Source: an uncultured Acidobacteriota bacterium
GTDB lineage: Bacteria > Acidobacteriota > Terriglobia > Terriglobales > Acidobacteriaceae
Reading direction: 5' to 3'
Length of the DNA stretch: 64,000 nucleotides
Assembly (NCBI GenBank): GCA_963797795.1
Contig: CAWCQY010000002.1
Location: 7,846-71,845 of the forward strand
Shown here: piece after piece, positions 10,809 through 20,234 of the stretch
How the letters are laid out: the number at the start of each line of letters is the position of its first letter
How positions within the stretch are numbered: position 1 is the first letter of the stretch
Made by a program: the position numbers and the translations under genes
The notes under the pieces: generated by a model
Told to the model about the DNA's origin: nothing
What the model saw: the letters and a program-made list of their open reading frames with translations, nothing else
Databases searched by the model: none

Positions 10809-11351
10809 TCACGCTCCGGCCTTTGACTGCCCTGCCTTTTTCTTCCTCAAGCTTCGACGTCGGAGAGCCTTTGCACGCCTGTCCAACTCTTCTTCTGAGT
10901 ACATGCTTCCGCGACAATTGCTGGCACCACAGAAGCATGATGATGGATCGTCCAGATCGCCGTCATACAAGTTGTAGTCGTAGGTCAATTCTTCGCCGGG
11001 CTGAATGTCCCGCGCCGCGATAATCCACACCCGGCCCTTGACCTCATCGGCCTCGCAATTGGGGTCGCAGGAGTGATTGATAAAGGCCGCCACGCCTTCA
11101 CCATCGATGACGTGTTTGCCATCTGTGAGGCCGAACAAATAGGTCCGGGGATGGTCATCATAGAGTGCGTCGGCTTCCTTGATGGTGATGCGCGGGCCGG
11201 TGTACTCCACAATAACGGCGCCTTTCTTAATGGCCGCTGTCGTGTGGCAACCGTCTGAGTCGATCTTTGAGCGGCTGACGACCAAGTGAGGCGGGCCGGT
11301 GGGTTTCCTTCTCGCGTCGCGGTCGAACTTGCGGGGCGTCGGTTGAGGCAT
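10809..11351 (-). CDS. SET-domain protein-lysine methyltransferase-like protein with a basic C-terminal tail
   Basis: 180 aa with canonical SET motifs (FINHSCDPNC and ELTYDY), a post-SET Cys cluster (CFCGASNCRG) and a Lys/Arg-rich tail (RRAKALRRRSLRKKKAGQSKAGA). Confidence 0.9.
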   Translation of the reverse strand: MPQPTPRKFDRDARRKPTGPPHLVVSRSKIDSDGCHTTAAIKKGAVIVEYTGPRITIKEADALYDDHPRTYLFGLTDGKHVIDGEGVAAFINHSCDPNCEADEVKGRVWIIAARDIQPGEELTYDYNLYDGDLDDPSSCFCGASNCRGSMYSEEELDRRAKALRRRSLRKKKAGQSKAGA

Positions 11352-11675
11352 GGGTATCAGTGTGGAGAGCAGCGGCTGTGTTTTGGAATTAACGAACAGA
11401 ATAGCGTCTAACTTAAAATCGTGGCAAGCGTTGGTTCAAAGAGGGTGTTGACGAGAATTTACACGTTATTCATCTTGCGGTCACCTCAACGTAACAAAGT
11501 ACCGCCTAAACTACGACACCGGCCCGGATAGGTTGTCGAGTGTTGGGCGGGGGTCCGCCTCGCGTCGCATTATCAATTTCAGACTGGTTTGCGGCGGTGC
11601 GCATGTCCGCGCGACTTTCGGAATTCCGGTTGTCGATCTTCCTTCTCAATACGGGTCTTGACTGGGGACACGTTA

Positions 11676-12479
11676 ATGAAGCAGCTCATTTTTGTGGTGG
11701 AAGATGAGACCGAGGTTCGTGAACTGGCGCGGCAGTGCCTTGAGGAGGCCGGCTATGTCGTGCGGACGTTTGCGACCACCAATGTGATTGAGGAGGCTGC
11801 GGACGAGCATCCTTCTTTAATGCTGATCACTATGATGATGCCGGACGGCAACGGACTCGACCTCTGCCGGCGCATTCGTGAGAATCCCATGCTGGCGAGA
11901 ATACCGTTGGTTTCTCTTATCCCGGAGGTTGCCGAGGGGCACCGGGCTTTGGCGCTGGAGTCCGGCGCGGACGACTGCATCGCTAAGCCGTTCAGCCCGC
12001 GTGAGCTGGTGGCCCGAGTGCATGCGGTGCTGCGTCGCTTCGCGCCCGCGAACGGGCGAACTCGAACGGAGCCGGCCGACTTGGTCATCGATAGCTTGGC
12101 CATGAAACTTTCGGTGCGCGGAAGCGAAGTGCCGACCACAAGTTTGGAGTTTCGGCTCATCGAATACCTGGCGCACCATCGGGGACAGGTATTCACGCGC
12201 GATCTACTTCTGGATGCGGTGTGGGGAGACATGCAATTCGTTACGCCGCGTAGTGTCGACGCCTGCATCCGCCGAATCCGAGAGAAAATCGAACCGGACA
12301 GGACGAGTCCAACCTACCTGAAAACGATTCGCGGCGTTGGTTACCGCCTGGATGCGGTCGCCGCCTGGCAACTCGCGTCCAATGACGGTTGTAACTGCCT
12401 TGCGTGTACCACGCCCATGCCGCCGTCAAGGGTGATTCATCCGCGCGAACGCCGCAGAAGAAATTCCTTACGAGGTTGA
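11676..12479 (+). CDS. OmpR/PhoB-family response regulator with a degenerate (Asp-less) receiver
   Basis: ATG 11676 (MKQLIFVVEDE) lies inside ORF 11589-12479. There is a receiver plus a winged-helix domain (LEFRLIEYLAHHRGQVFTRDLL, TIRGVGYRL). The phospho-acceptor position reads LMLITMMMPDGNG, with Thr (codon 11829-11831) where Asp is expected. Confidence 0.9.
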   Translation: MKQLIFVVEDETEVRELARQCLEEAGYVVRTFATTNVIEEAADEHPSLMLITMMMPDGNGLDLCRRIRENPMLARIPLVSLIPEVAEGHRALALESGADDCIAKPFSPRELVARVHAVLRRFAPANGRTRTEPADLVIDSLAMKLSVRGSEVPTTSLEFRLIEYLAHHRGQVFTRDLLLDAVWGDMQFVTPRSVDACIRRIREKIEPDRTSPTYLKTIRGVGYRLDAVAAWQLASNDGCNCLACTTPMPPSRVIHPRERRRRNSLRG

Positions 12480-12965
12480 GTCCGGAAACAGGACCCAGAA
12501 CTTGTATGGCACCCGTGCCCTCGAGCTGCAGTACCTACGCCAGACTCCGGGCCTGATTCATGCCTGAGGGCCTGGGTAGATTTGTCATCATGACTCTGGG
12601 TCGCTAACAAATGCCGATTGGCATCGTCTAAGTCTGTCCGCGTGAAAAACCCTCGATCCGCGTCCGAAGCCGTTTGCCGAATGTGTTTGGTCAGCCACGT
12701 CCTCAATCCCGGGAGGGTCACGAGGCGGCGCAAGAGCATCCAGATAATACGTTTATGAGCTGGGAATTGCCGGTGGCGCAGTTCTCCTAAAGACTGAAGT
12801 TGAACTCGGATGCGGCGGATTGCGTACAGTAAAACGGACGTGTTGTGATGGGTGCCTCCGAATCGAAACTCTGACCTTCCAGGATCACCTGCGATTTTGG
12901 TGCCCGAACGCTGCCGCTCCGACTTGGCTTCTAGGAGCCAGTGCAGAACCTACTATGAGGAAACG

Positions 12966-15623
12966 ATGAAACAAATTTCCTGGCTGTTTACTTGTGTTTT
13001 GTTATTAATCTCAGTGGCTGGGGCACAGCGGTTGCCGCAGGATGCCATTCCCGAAAACTACAAGCTGACCTTCACGCCCGACCTCAACCGAGGCCATTTT
13101 GCAGGCGATGAAACAATTCGGGTAAAGCTGTTGAAGCCAACGTCGCAGATCGTGCTGAATTCAGCCGATATTGACTTTAACGAAGCGTCGATTACCAGCG
13201 CGGGCTCGACCCAGACGGCTGCAGTAACCTTCGATAAAGAGAAGGAAATGATCACGCTGGCCGTGCAAAACCCTCTTGCGGCCGGTGTCGCCATTGTTCA
13301 TATCCAGTACAGCGGAATCTTGAACAGCGAGATGCGTGGCTTTTATATGGGGAAAGATGACCAGGGACGAGAGTACGCCGCCACACAGTTCGAGTCGACC
13401 GATGCGCGCCGCGCTTTTCCATCGTTTGACGAGCCGGCTTACAAGGCCACTTTCGACATCACGGTCATCGCCGATAAAGCGCACACCGTGATCTCGAACA
13501 CCCAGGTGGTTTCAGACACGCCCGGGCCGGGCGACAACAAGCATACCGTGCGTTTCTCGACATCGTCCAAGATGTCGTCCTATCTTGCCGCGATCGCAGT
13601 CGGGCAGTTCGAATATATCGAAGGCTCGGCTGACGGCATTCCCATCCGCATTTATAGCACTCCGGGCAAGAAGCAACTCGATACTTTTGCCCTGGAAGCC
13701 ACCGAGAACTTCCTGCGTTATTTCGACCAGTATTTCGGGATCAAGTACCCCTACGAAAAACTTGATCTCATCGGGCTGCCGGATTTTTCAGCGGGCGCGA
13801 TGGAGAATGTTGCTCTCATTACGTCGCGAGAGGCGCTTTTGCAACTCGATAACGAGCACGCCTCGCTGGCCTTGCGGAAGGCAGTCGCGGTAACCATTTC
13901 GCACGAAATCGCCCACCAGTGGTTTGGCGACCTCGTGACCATGCAATGGTGGGACGACATCTGGCTCAACGAAGGGTTCGCCACCTGGATGGAAGGCAAG
14001 GCAGTCGACGCCTGGAAGCCCGACTGGAACACGGGCCTGGATGAGGTGAGCGGCGGCAGCATACTCACGACGCTGGGCGCTCTCAATGTAGATTCCCTGG
14101 CCACCACGCGGGCAATCCAACAACCGGCTGAAACTCCGGATCAGATCCAGGAACTGTTTGATGGCATCGCATACGGAAAGACCGCCGCCGTGTTGCGCAT
14201 GCTCGAAGCTTATCTCGGGCCGGAAACCTTCCGTGCAGGGGTGAGCGAATACTTGAAGCAGCACGCCTATGGCAACTCCACAGCCGACGATTTTTGGAGC
14301 ACCCTGGCCAGCGTCTCGAAGAAGCCAGTGGATACAATCATGCCGACATTTGTGAAGCAGCCCGGCGTGCCCATGCTTAGCGTCCACGCGCAATGCGCCG
14401 GCAATTCCACCACAGTCTCAGTGACGCAGCAGCGATACTTCTTTGATCGAGCTGCGTTCAATGCCGGCGGCGACCAATTGTGGCAGATTCCGGTTTGCAT
14501 GAGGACACCAAAGGAGGGCGGCGGTAAGGGGGAAACGTGCGAATTGCTGACCAAGAAGGAAGACACCTTTACGCTTCCGGGCTGTCCATCGTGGGTGCTG
14601 GCGAACGCAGGCGGAAACGGATACTACCGCAGCGGTTATCGCCCGGCTGCCGTACGCGGGCTCGCGCAGGACGCGGAAACTGAATTGACGCCCCTGGAAC
14701 GCATCATCCTGCTCACCGACACATGGGCGGCAGTGCGCGTAGGACGACAGCCGGTCGGGGATTACCTTACTCTAGCCGAAGGCCTGCAATCCGACCGCAA
14801 CGACGCTGTCCTGGGACTTCTGTTCAACCAGTTGAACTTCATTGGCAAATATCTGGTCAATGAAAGTGACAGCCAGAGTTACCAGGCGTGGGTGCGCAGT
14901 CTGCTTGCCCCCATCGCCACAGAAGTGGGCTGGGAGCCGAAGCCCGGTGAAAGCGAGAGCCAGAAGAATCTACGGGGAAGCCTCCTGCAAGTCCTGGGTG
15001 GTACAGGACGTGATCCCGAGGCGCTGGCTGAAGCGCGCAAGCTGACAGAACTGGCGCTTGAGAATCCAAGCTCGGTTGAAAGCGGCCTGGCCACCGCGGC
15101 TTTCGGTCTTGCGGCGGCGAACGGAGACTCAGCGTTCTACGACAGATTAATGGCGGGAACGAAGAACGCCAAAACTCCCGAGCAGTATTATCTCTACTTG
15201 TATACCCTGGCGGCCTTCGGCAATCCTCAGTTGCTGCAGCAGACTTTGAACTACGCGATCTCGCCCGAGGTTCGCTCGCAGGACAGCCTGGGCCTGATCG
15301 GCGCTGTCATGTCGAATTCCGCGGGACAAGAACTGGCGTGGAATTTCGTGCGGTCGCACTGGACGGAGGTCGATCGAGCCGGCGGTCCCTTCGCCAGTGC
15401 ACAGGTCGTCACCAGTGCCGGTGCATTCTGTGATGCCGCGCTCCGGGATCAGGTAAAGGATTTCTTCTCGGCCCACAGAGTCGCTGCCGCTGACCGCAGT
15501 TTCGGGCAGTCCATTGAGCGCATCAATAACTGTGTGGATTTGAAATCACAGCAATCCAGCCAGCTGGCGTCCTGGCTGGGGAGCCAAAGCGGAGGTACGG
15601 CTGCTGGAAGCGGCGTCCGCTAA
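12966..15623 (+). CDS. pepN: M1-family aminopeptidase N (secreted/periplasmic)
   Basis: It carries the GAMEN exopeptidase motif and the zinc site HEIAHQWFGDLVTMQWWDDIWLNEGFA. The internal ATG 12966 gives the signal peptide MKQISWLFTCVLLLISVAGAQ. Confidence 0.95.
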   Translation: MKQISWLFTCVLLLISVAGAQRLPQDAIPENYKLTFTPDLNRGHFAGDETIRVKLLKPTSQIVLNSADIDFNEASITSAGSTQTAAVTFDKEKEMITLAVQNPLAAGVAIVHIQYSGILNSEMRGFYMGKDDQGREYAATQFESTDARRAFPSFDEPAYKATFDITVIADKAHTVISNTQVVSDTPGPGDNKHTVRFSTSSKMSSYLAAIAVGQFEYIEGSADGIPIRIYSTPGKKQLDTFALEATENFLRYFDQYFGIKYPYEKLDLIGLPDFSAGAMENVALITSREALLQLDNEHASLALRKAVAVTISHEIAHQWFGDLVTMQWWDDIWLNEGFATWMEGKAVDAWKPDWNTGLDEVSGGSILTTLGALNVDSLATTRAIQQPAETPDQIQELFDGIAYGKTAAVLRMLEAYLGPETFRAGVSEYLKQHAYGNSTADDFWSTLASVSKKPVDTIMPTFVKQPGVPMLSVHAQCAGNSTTVSVTQQRYFFDRAAFNAGGDQLWQIPVCMRTPKEGGGKGETCELLTKKEDTFTLPGCPSWVLANAGGNGYYRSGYRPAAVRGLAQDAETELTPLERIILLTDTWAAVRVGRQPVGDYLTLAEGLQSDRNDAVLGLLFNQLNFIGKYLVNESDSQSYQAWVRSLLAPIATEVGWEPKPGESESQKNLRGSLLQVLGGTGRDPEALAEARKLTELALENPSSVESGLATAAFGLAAANGDSAFYDRLMAGTKNAKTPEQYYLYLYTLAAFGNPQLLQQTLNYAISPEVRSQDSLGLIGAVMSNSAGQELAWNFVRSHWTEVDRAGGPFASAQVVTSAGAFCDAALRDQVKDFFSAHRVAAADRSFGQSIERINNCVDLKSQQSSQLASWLGSQSGGTAAGSGVR

Positions 15624-15634
15624 CGGCGGTTTGG

Positions 15635-16471
15635 TCAACCGGCGAGGGACTCGATCGCCCGCACCGCGTCCGGCGATAACGTCAATGCGACGCTGGCCAA
15701 ATCCTGCTTCATGTGCTCAGAGTCAGAGGTGCCGGTCAGTGGCAGAATCCCGACCTCACGCGAGAAGGCGAATACAACCTGTGCCGGAGTTGCGTTAGCC
15801 CGCTCGGCGAGGCCGATGACCAGAGGATGTTGCAGCACTTCCGGGTTCGCAGTGAGAAGCGAGAAGCCCTGATAAACGATTTTTCGTTCCCGGCAGAACA
15901 GTCTTACATCGCGGTCCCAACCGAAACGGGCGTAACAACGATTCTGAACAAACGCTGGACCTTCGGCGTGTGCCTGGGCCATTTGCTCAAGATGGCGCAG
16001 GGAGACGTTGCTCACGCCGAGGAGACGGGTGCGGCCGGCGTCGCGCCCCTTCGTCATCGCCTCCCAAACTTCAACGTCGGCATCGGTCCAACCGTAGCCG
16101 GAAGCGGGTCCGTGCAGCACATAACTGTCGACGTAGTCGGTCCCGAGATGTTCCAGTGAACTCGCCATTGATTGAGCGACCTGAACGGCCAGCGGGGCGG
16201 TCGGATCGTAAGGCAGACGGTGGTCCTGACCGGGCCGGTAGGTGAATTTCGTTTGCAGGAAAAGATCGGCTCGCGCTACCACCCTGGCGCGATAGGCGGC
16301 GGCCAGCCCCTGGCCAACTCCGGCTTCGAAGTAATGTCGTCGCTGGTTGGCCGTGTCAATCCCACGAAAGCCCATTCGGAGCGCAAGTTCCGTGAGCGCC
16401 GGCGTGCGGTCTTCCTTCCATGCGGTGCCGTAGAGGAAATCGGGAAGACTTGACGGTGGCTTGGTTGGCAT
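15635..16471 (-). CDS. aldo/keto reductase
   Basis: 278 aa with AKR motifs (LPDFLYGTAWK, GFRGIDTANQRRHYFE, DYVDSYVLHGP, LGVSNV). Confidence 0.9.
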   Translation of the reverse strand: MPTKPPSSLPDFLYGTAWKEDRTPALTELALRMGFRGIDTANQRRHYFEAGVGQGLAAAYRARVVARADLFLQTKFTYRPGQDHRLPYDPTAPLAVQVAQSMASSLEHLGTDYVDSYVLHGPASGYGWTDADVEVWEAMTKGRDAGRTRLLGVSNVSLRHLEQMAQAHAEGPAFVQNRCYARFGWDRDVRLFCRERKIVYQGFSLLTANPEVLQHPLVIGLAERANATPAQVVFAFSREVGILPLTGTSDSEHMKQDLASVALTLSPDAVRAIESLAG

Positions 16472-16619
16472 CGCGTTATTCTCCCACGATCAGAGACCAT
16501 TGTCCGATTGAAAGGAAGTGGCAGAGGTTTTCCCCCCGCCCGTTCTGCATGGCTTATGGAGCCGACATCAATCGTGTGTACATGTCCCAAATTCGTATGG
16601 CAAGTGACCTGATGTCCCG

Positions 16620-17969
16620 TTGCCGGGAGGCCGTATCCGGCGAAAATGGATCGTGGCAATCTTTCGCTTGGGCACAAAATCCTCCAGACCAGCCGCGTTC
16701 CTTTTGGCCGCGCTGCTCCCGCTATTGGCGGGCTGCAGCGGATACTCATCAAAACGGCCGGGCACCGGCGGCGGGTCCAGCGGGGGATCCGGAGAAGGAT
16801 CAGGCGGAGGAAACGGCGGCCAGAGCAACGCTTGCACCGCGATCTCCACGGGCCAGGGAGCAAGCTTGAACGGCTTCCTTCCGTTTCCGGCCGACAATGC
16901 CTGGAATCAGGATATTTCCAGCGCAGCCGTCGATCCCAACTCCGACGCGATTATCAGCTTCATTGGTCCAAGCATTGGCCTGCATCCTGACTTCGGCTCC
17001 GGACTCTATGCGGGATCAAGCATGGGCATCCCTTATAGCGTGGTCGGTTCATCGCAGAGCTCTGTGACCGTCAACTTTACGGCGTACGGTGACGAGAGCG
17101 ATCCCGGCCCAATGCCGATTCCCGCGAATGCGCAGATCGAGGGTTATCCCAATCCCGGCAACGGCGACCGGCATGTGCTGGTGATCGATAACAGCAACTG
17201 TTTTCTGTACGAGCTTTACAGCGCCTCGGCAAACAACGACGGTAGTTGGAACGCGGGCTCCGCCGCGATTTGGGATCTGGCAAGTGACGAGCAGCGCCCT
17301 TGGACCTGGACTTCCGCCGATGCCGCCGGACTACCGATCTTCCCCGGGCTGGTTCGCTACGACGAAGTGGCCAGCGGCAAAATCCAGCACGCCATCCGTT
17401 TCACCCTTCCGCAGAGTCGGGCTGCGATGGTGCCGCCGGCATCGCACTGGGCAGCCACATCCTCGAACCCGATCGCCCCGCCCATGGGAATGAAGCTGCG
17501 GCTCAAGGCTGACTACGACATCTCGCAATTCTCGACAAACGTTCAGGTCATTCTGACCGCGCTGAAGAAGTACGGCCTGATCATGGCGGACAACGGCAGC
17601 GCGATGTACCTGAGCGGTGCGCCCGACGACCGCTGGGACAACGACGATCTGCACAACCTTTCCGAGGTTCCAGCGTCCGCGTTTGAAGTTGTCAAAATGA
17701 ATCCGATCTATACCGCGTCCAACGTGCCCCAGGGAGCAGTTCCAAGCATCGCCAGTTTCACTGCGAGCCCGATGAGCGCGAGTTCCGGCACGCAGGTGAC
17801 GCTCAGTTGGCAAGTCAGCGGCGCGTCTTACGATATCGTCTCGCCGCAGGTCGGAGCAGTGCGCGGCACCAGTGCAACCGTAAAGCCGACCCAGACAACG
17901 ACCTACACCCTCTATGCGACCAACCAATACGGCCGCGCCCAGGCTTCGGTTACGGTCACGGTGCAGTAG
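16620..17969 (+). CDS. lipoprotein of unknown function with a C-terminal Ig-like domain
   Basis: It has a lipobox (LLPLLAGCSG), a Gly/Ser linker, a conserved-looking core and a C-terminal beta-sandwich-like segment (GTQVTLSWQVSGASYDIV, TTYTLYATNQYG). TTG start; the exact start is uncertain. Confidence 0.8.
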   Translation: MPGGRIRRKWIVAIFRLGTKSSRPAAFLLAALLPLLAGCSGYSSKRPGTGGGSSGGSGEGSGGGNGGQSNACTAISTGQGASLNGFLPFPADNAWNQDISSAAVDPNSDAIISFIGPSIGLHPDFGSGLYAGSSMGIPYSVVGSSQSSVTVNFTAYGDESDPGPMPIPANAQIEGYPNPGNGDRHVLVIDNSNCFLYELYSASANNDGSWNAGSAAIWDLASDEQRPWTWTSADAAGLPIFPGLVRYDEVASGKIQHAIRFTLPQSRAAMVPPASHWAATSSNPIAPPMGMKLRLKADYDISQFSTNVQVILTALKKYGLIMADNGSAMYLSGAPDDRWDNDDLHNLSEVPASAFEVVKMNPIYTASNVPQGAVPSIASFTASPMSASSGTQVTLSWQVSGASYDIVSPQVGAVRGTSATVKPTQTTTYTLYATNQYGRAQASVTVTVQ

Positions 17970-18034
17970 GGAACACTCGTTAGGGCGAATGGCAAAAGGT
18001 GTAAAGCGGCGTAAATCACAGCGAGTCTTTTCCA

Positions 18035-19219
18035 CTAAGGCGTGATCTTGAAGACTACTCCGTACCCGTACGCGCCCCCGTATTCAGCGGTGCCATACAA
18101 ATTCCCAGCATGATCGAGAGTCAAACTTCCCACCGGCGAGCTGCCGTCATCCCCGCCGCTGAAGCGGTGTAGTATGGTCTCCTTGCCGCTGCTGTCGAGT
18201 TTATACAGCGTGCCATAGTCCGTCACGCCATAGAGGTTGCCGTGGGAGTCTCGAACCACTCCCCCCTCGGGCACCCCCTCGTTCTTGCTCATCCGAAAGC
18301 GGTACAGAACATTTTCTCGGCCGCTCACATTCACCTTGAAGACGGTCCCACAACCCGACCCGAAAATATTGCACCCCTGCCGTCCGCCGCCACCTGTTGT
18401 ACCGTAAAAATTCCCATCCGAGTCGGGAATAACTCCCGCGAACGGAGCTGCCCCATCCGGCAAGTCAATGAACCGGTAGATGATTGTCTCCTTGCCAGTC
18501 TTGCTCAACTTGAAAACGGTTCCACAACCTTCGGCGTAGTAGCATGCTCCAGCGCCGCCCGACCAGGTCGTGCCGTAAAGATTGCCCGCTTTATCTCTGA
18601 ACAGGCCGCCGTTGGCATAGGCTCCATCGGGTAAACTTTGGAAGTGATAGAGATCCGTTTCCTTGCCTTTCTGATCCACTTTGAATACCGTACCGACGCC
18701 ATGGCCGCCCCATTGAGTAGTGCCATAGAGATTGCCGGATGGATCCAGCGCCAAGCCGCCGTTCAGATTCGGATAGTCGGTGAAACTGTAAATCACGCTG
18801 AGAACGCCCTTAACATCGAGCTTGAAAACCGTCCCGCTGCTGCCGCTGCCTCCGCCCGCGGTGCCGTATAGATTACCCACCTTGTCGCGCGCCAGAGGGC
18901 CGCCAAGGAGGCCTTTTCCGTCTGCTCCGCCGGTGAAGCTATAAAGCACGGTCTCTTTTCCAGTCGCGTCAACCTTGAATATCGCGCCGTAGCCATTCTC
19001 GCCACCACCGGCCGTGCCATAGAGATTCCCCGATTCATCCAGAATCAAATTCCCCAAAGGGTAGGCCGCATCGGTCCCACCTTGAAAGGCGTAAAGCACG
19101 CTGAACGTCTGTGCTTGGACTGGGTTCGCCGCGATGAACATCATCACAAACAGGACCGCAAACGCGGCGACCACCGTTCGCCGAACCGAAATCCACTGGC
19201 GCTGCTTTATTCTTGTCAC
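18035..19219 (-). CDS. GloVer (Gloeo_Verruco) tandem-repeat beta-propeller-like secreted protein
   Basis: About 9 repeats of GNLYGTxxxGGxxGxGTVFK(L/V)xxxGKETxLYxF. The ORF track starts at GTG 19249. GTG 19219 avoids overlap with the upstream stop (19227-19229), has an AGGA upstream and gives the signal peptide MTRIKQRQWISVRRTVVAAFAVLFVMMFIAANPVQAQ. Confidence 0.85.
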   Translation of the reverse strand: MTRIKQRQWISVRRTVVAAFAVLFVMMFIAANPVQAQTFSVLYAFQGGTDAAYPLGNLILDESGNLYGTAGGGENGYGAIFKVDATGKETVLYSFTGGADGKGLLGGPLARDKVGNLYGTAGGGSGSSGTVFKLDVKGVLSVIYSFTDYPNLNGGLALDPSGNLYGTTQWGGHGVGTVFKVDQKGKETDLYHFQSLPDGAYANGGLFRDKAGNLYGTTWSGGAGACYYAEGCGTVFKLSKTGKETIIYRFIDLPDGAAPFAGVIPDSDGNFYGTTGGGGRQGCNIFGSGCGTVFKVNVSGRENVLYRFRMSKNEGVPEGGVVRDSHGNLYGVTDYGTLYKLDSSGKETILHRFSGGDDGSSPVGSLTLDHAGNLYGTAEYGGAYGYGVVFKITP

Positions 19220-19226
19220 AAGCGTC

Positions 19227-19904
19227 CTACTTTCCGATCGCCAGCACACCTAGCGTGGAGCCGCTCTTGGTCTGCCCCGCAATGATCGGCCTGTTCGCGA
19301 TGGTCTCGTAGGCGTAGCCGGTCAGTGTGGCGTTCACCTGGTCGTTCACAATCGCAACGTTGAGCCGCGCCCACCCGTAATGGATCTTGCCCCTGATGAG
19401 AAACCTCAAACCAAGGTATCCCTTTCGAACGTTCTTCCATGGACCGCCGCTGATGGTACCGGTGCCCCCACGGAAACTCCAGAAAGCCATGTCATCGCGG
19501 CCTCCCTGGAAGCGTTTAAGATTTGACGGCGCCCCAATCCGGACGCCTGCTGGTAGAGCGACTGCGTAATTATTAAAGCCGCGGCTCGTTCTTTGCGCCC
19601 AGACTCCGTTGCCCGAGTTCAGCGCCGAGGCGGCCAGGAAGTCTCCAGTCGGGGTGGTGCTGTTGTGAGTAATGTTGGTGAGGCCAAAATCGTGAATCCC
19701 GTCGCGATTGAGGTCGATGGGTATTGTGTAATTGAGCGGAACCGTCTTGTCGGCTGGCGTATAGATAATTCTGCCCTCAGCCGGCTGCGACAAGGCTAGA
19801 ACGCCTACTCCAGCAGCGGTCGCACCCAAAGCATACAAATTTAGTTGGTGAAGAACTGCCTCGGAGAGAGCGGCGGTGTTAGATAACCGGGGAGATCGCT
19901 TCAT
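19227..19904 (-). CDS. secreted hypothetical protein, 'HYGWARLNV' family (paralog of 46044-46778)
   Basis: ATG 19904 has an AAGGGGA RBS. The leader is AAGVGVLALSQPAEGRIIYT, and there is a DLNRDGIHDF motif. The C-terminal block GPWKNVRKGYLGLRFLIRGKIHYGWARLNV...ATLTGYAYETI is shared with the 46 kb paralog. Confidence 0.75.
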   Translation of the reverse strand: MKRSPRLSNTAALSEAVLHQLNLYALGATAAGVGVLALSQPAEGRIIYTPADKTVPLNYTIPIDLNRDGIHDFGLTNITHNSTTPTGDFLAASALNSGNGVWAQRTSRGFNNYAVALPAGVRIGAPSNLKRFQGGRDDMAFWSFRGGTGTISGGPWKNVRKGYLGLRFLIRGKIHYGWARLNVAIVNDQVNATLTGYAYETIANRPIIAGQTKSGSTLGVLAIGK

Positions 19905-20234
19905 TGCTGTCCCCTTTGAGGGTGTCAATTATGTGCCCACTTCCGTCGCCCGTCAACGGGAGAGACAGGGTCTCTTGCCACGTCTTAGAAAATTATCCTT
20001 GTTCCGCTTGAGCCCATACCCCATGATTTTTCGCTTTTATTATTAGGGGCGGTATTGCCCCGATTCCGCCAGGACGAAAGCCATGACAAACCCGAAGCTC
20101 ACAACCCCAATTCTGCTGGTATTCGCCCTTGCTTTCGCAAGCCTAGCCAGTCCGGCAATCGCACAACAACCTCCAGCCAAACCTCCCATCAACTTGGTAG
20201 CCGGGGTTGGCGGTCCCGTGTCGAGCTCCAACCA

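Noticed and set aside
12437-12739. 100-aa minus-strand ORF in the 480-nt gap between the response regulator and pepN
   Set aside because: It has no RBS, overlaps the regulator's 3' end, and shows no recognisable motif. It might be a gene remnant, but I cannot support it.
17331-18035. 234-aa minus-strand ORF
   Set aside because: It is antisense to the well-supported lipoprotein gene 16620-17969, and its translation is Arg/Gly-rich noise.
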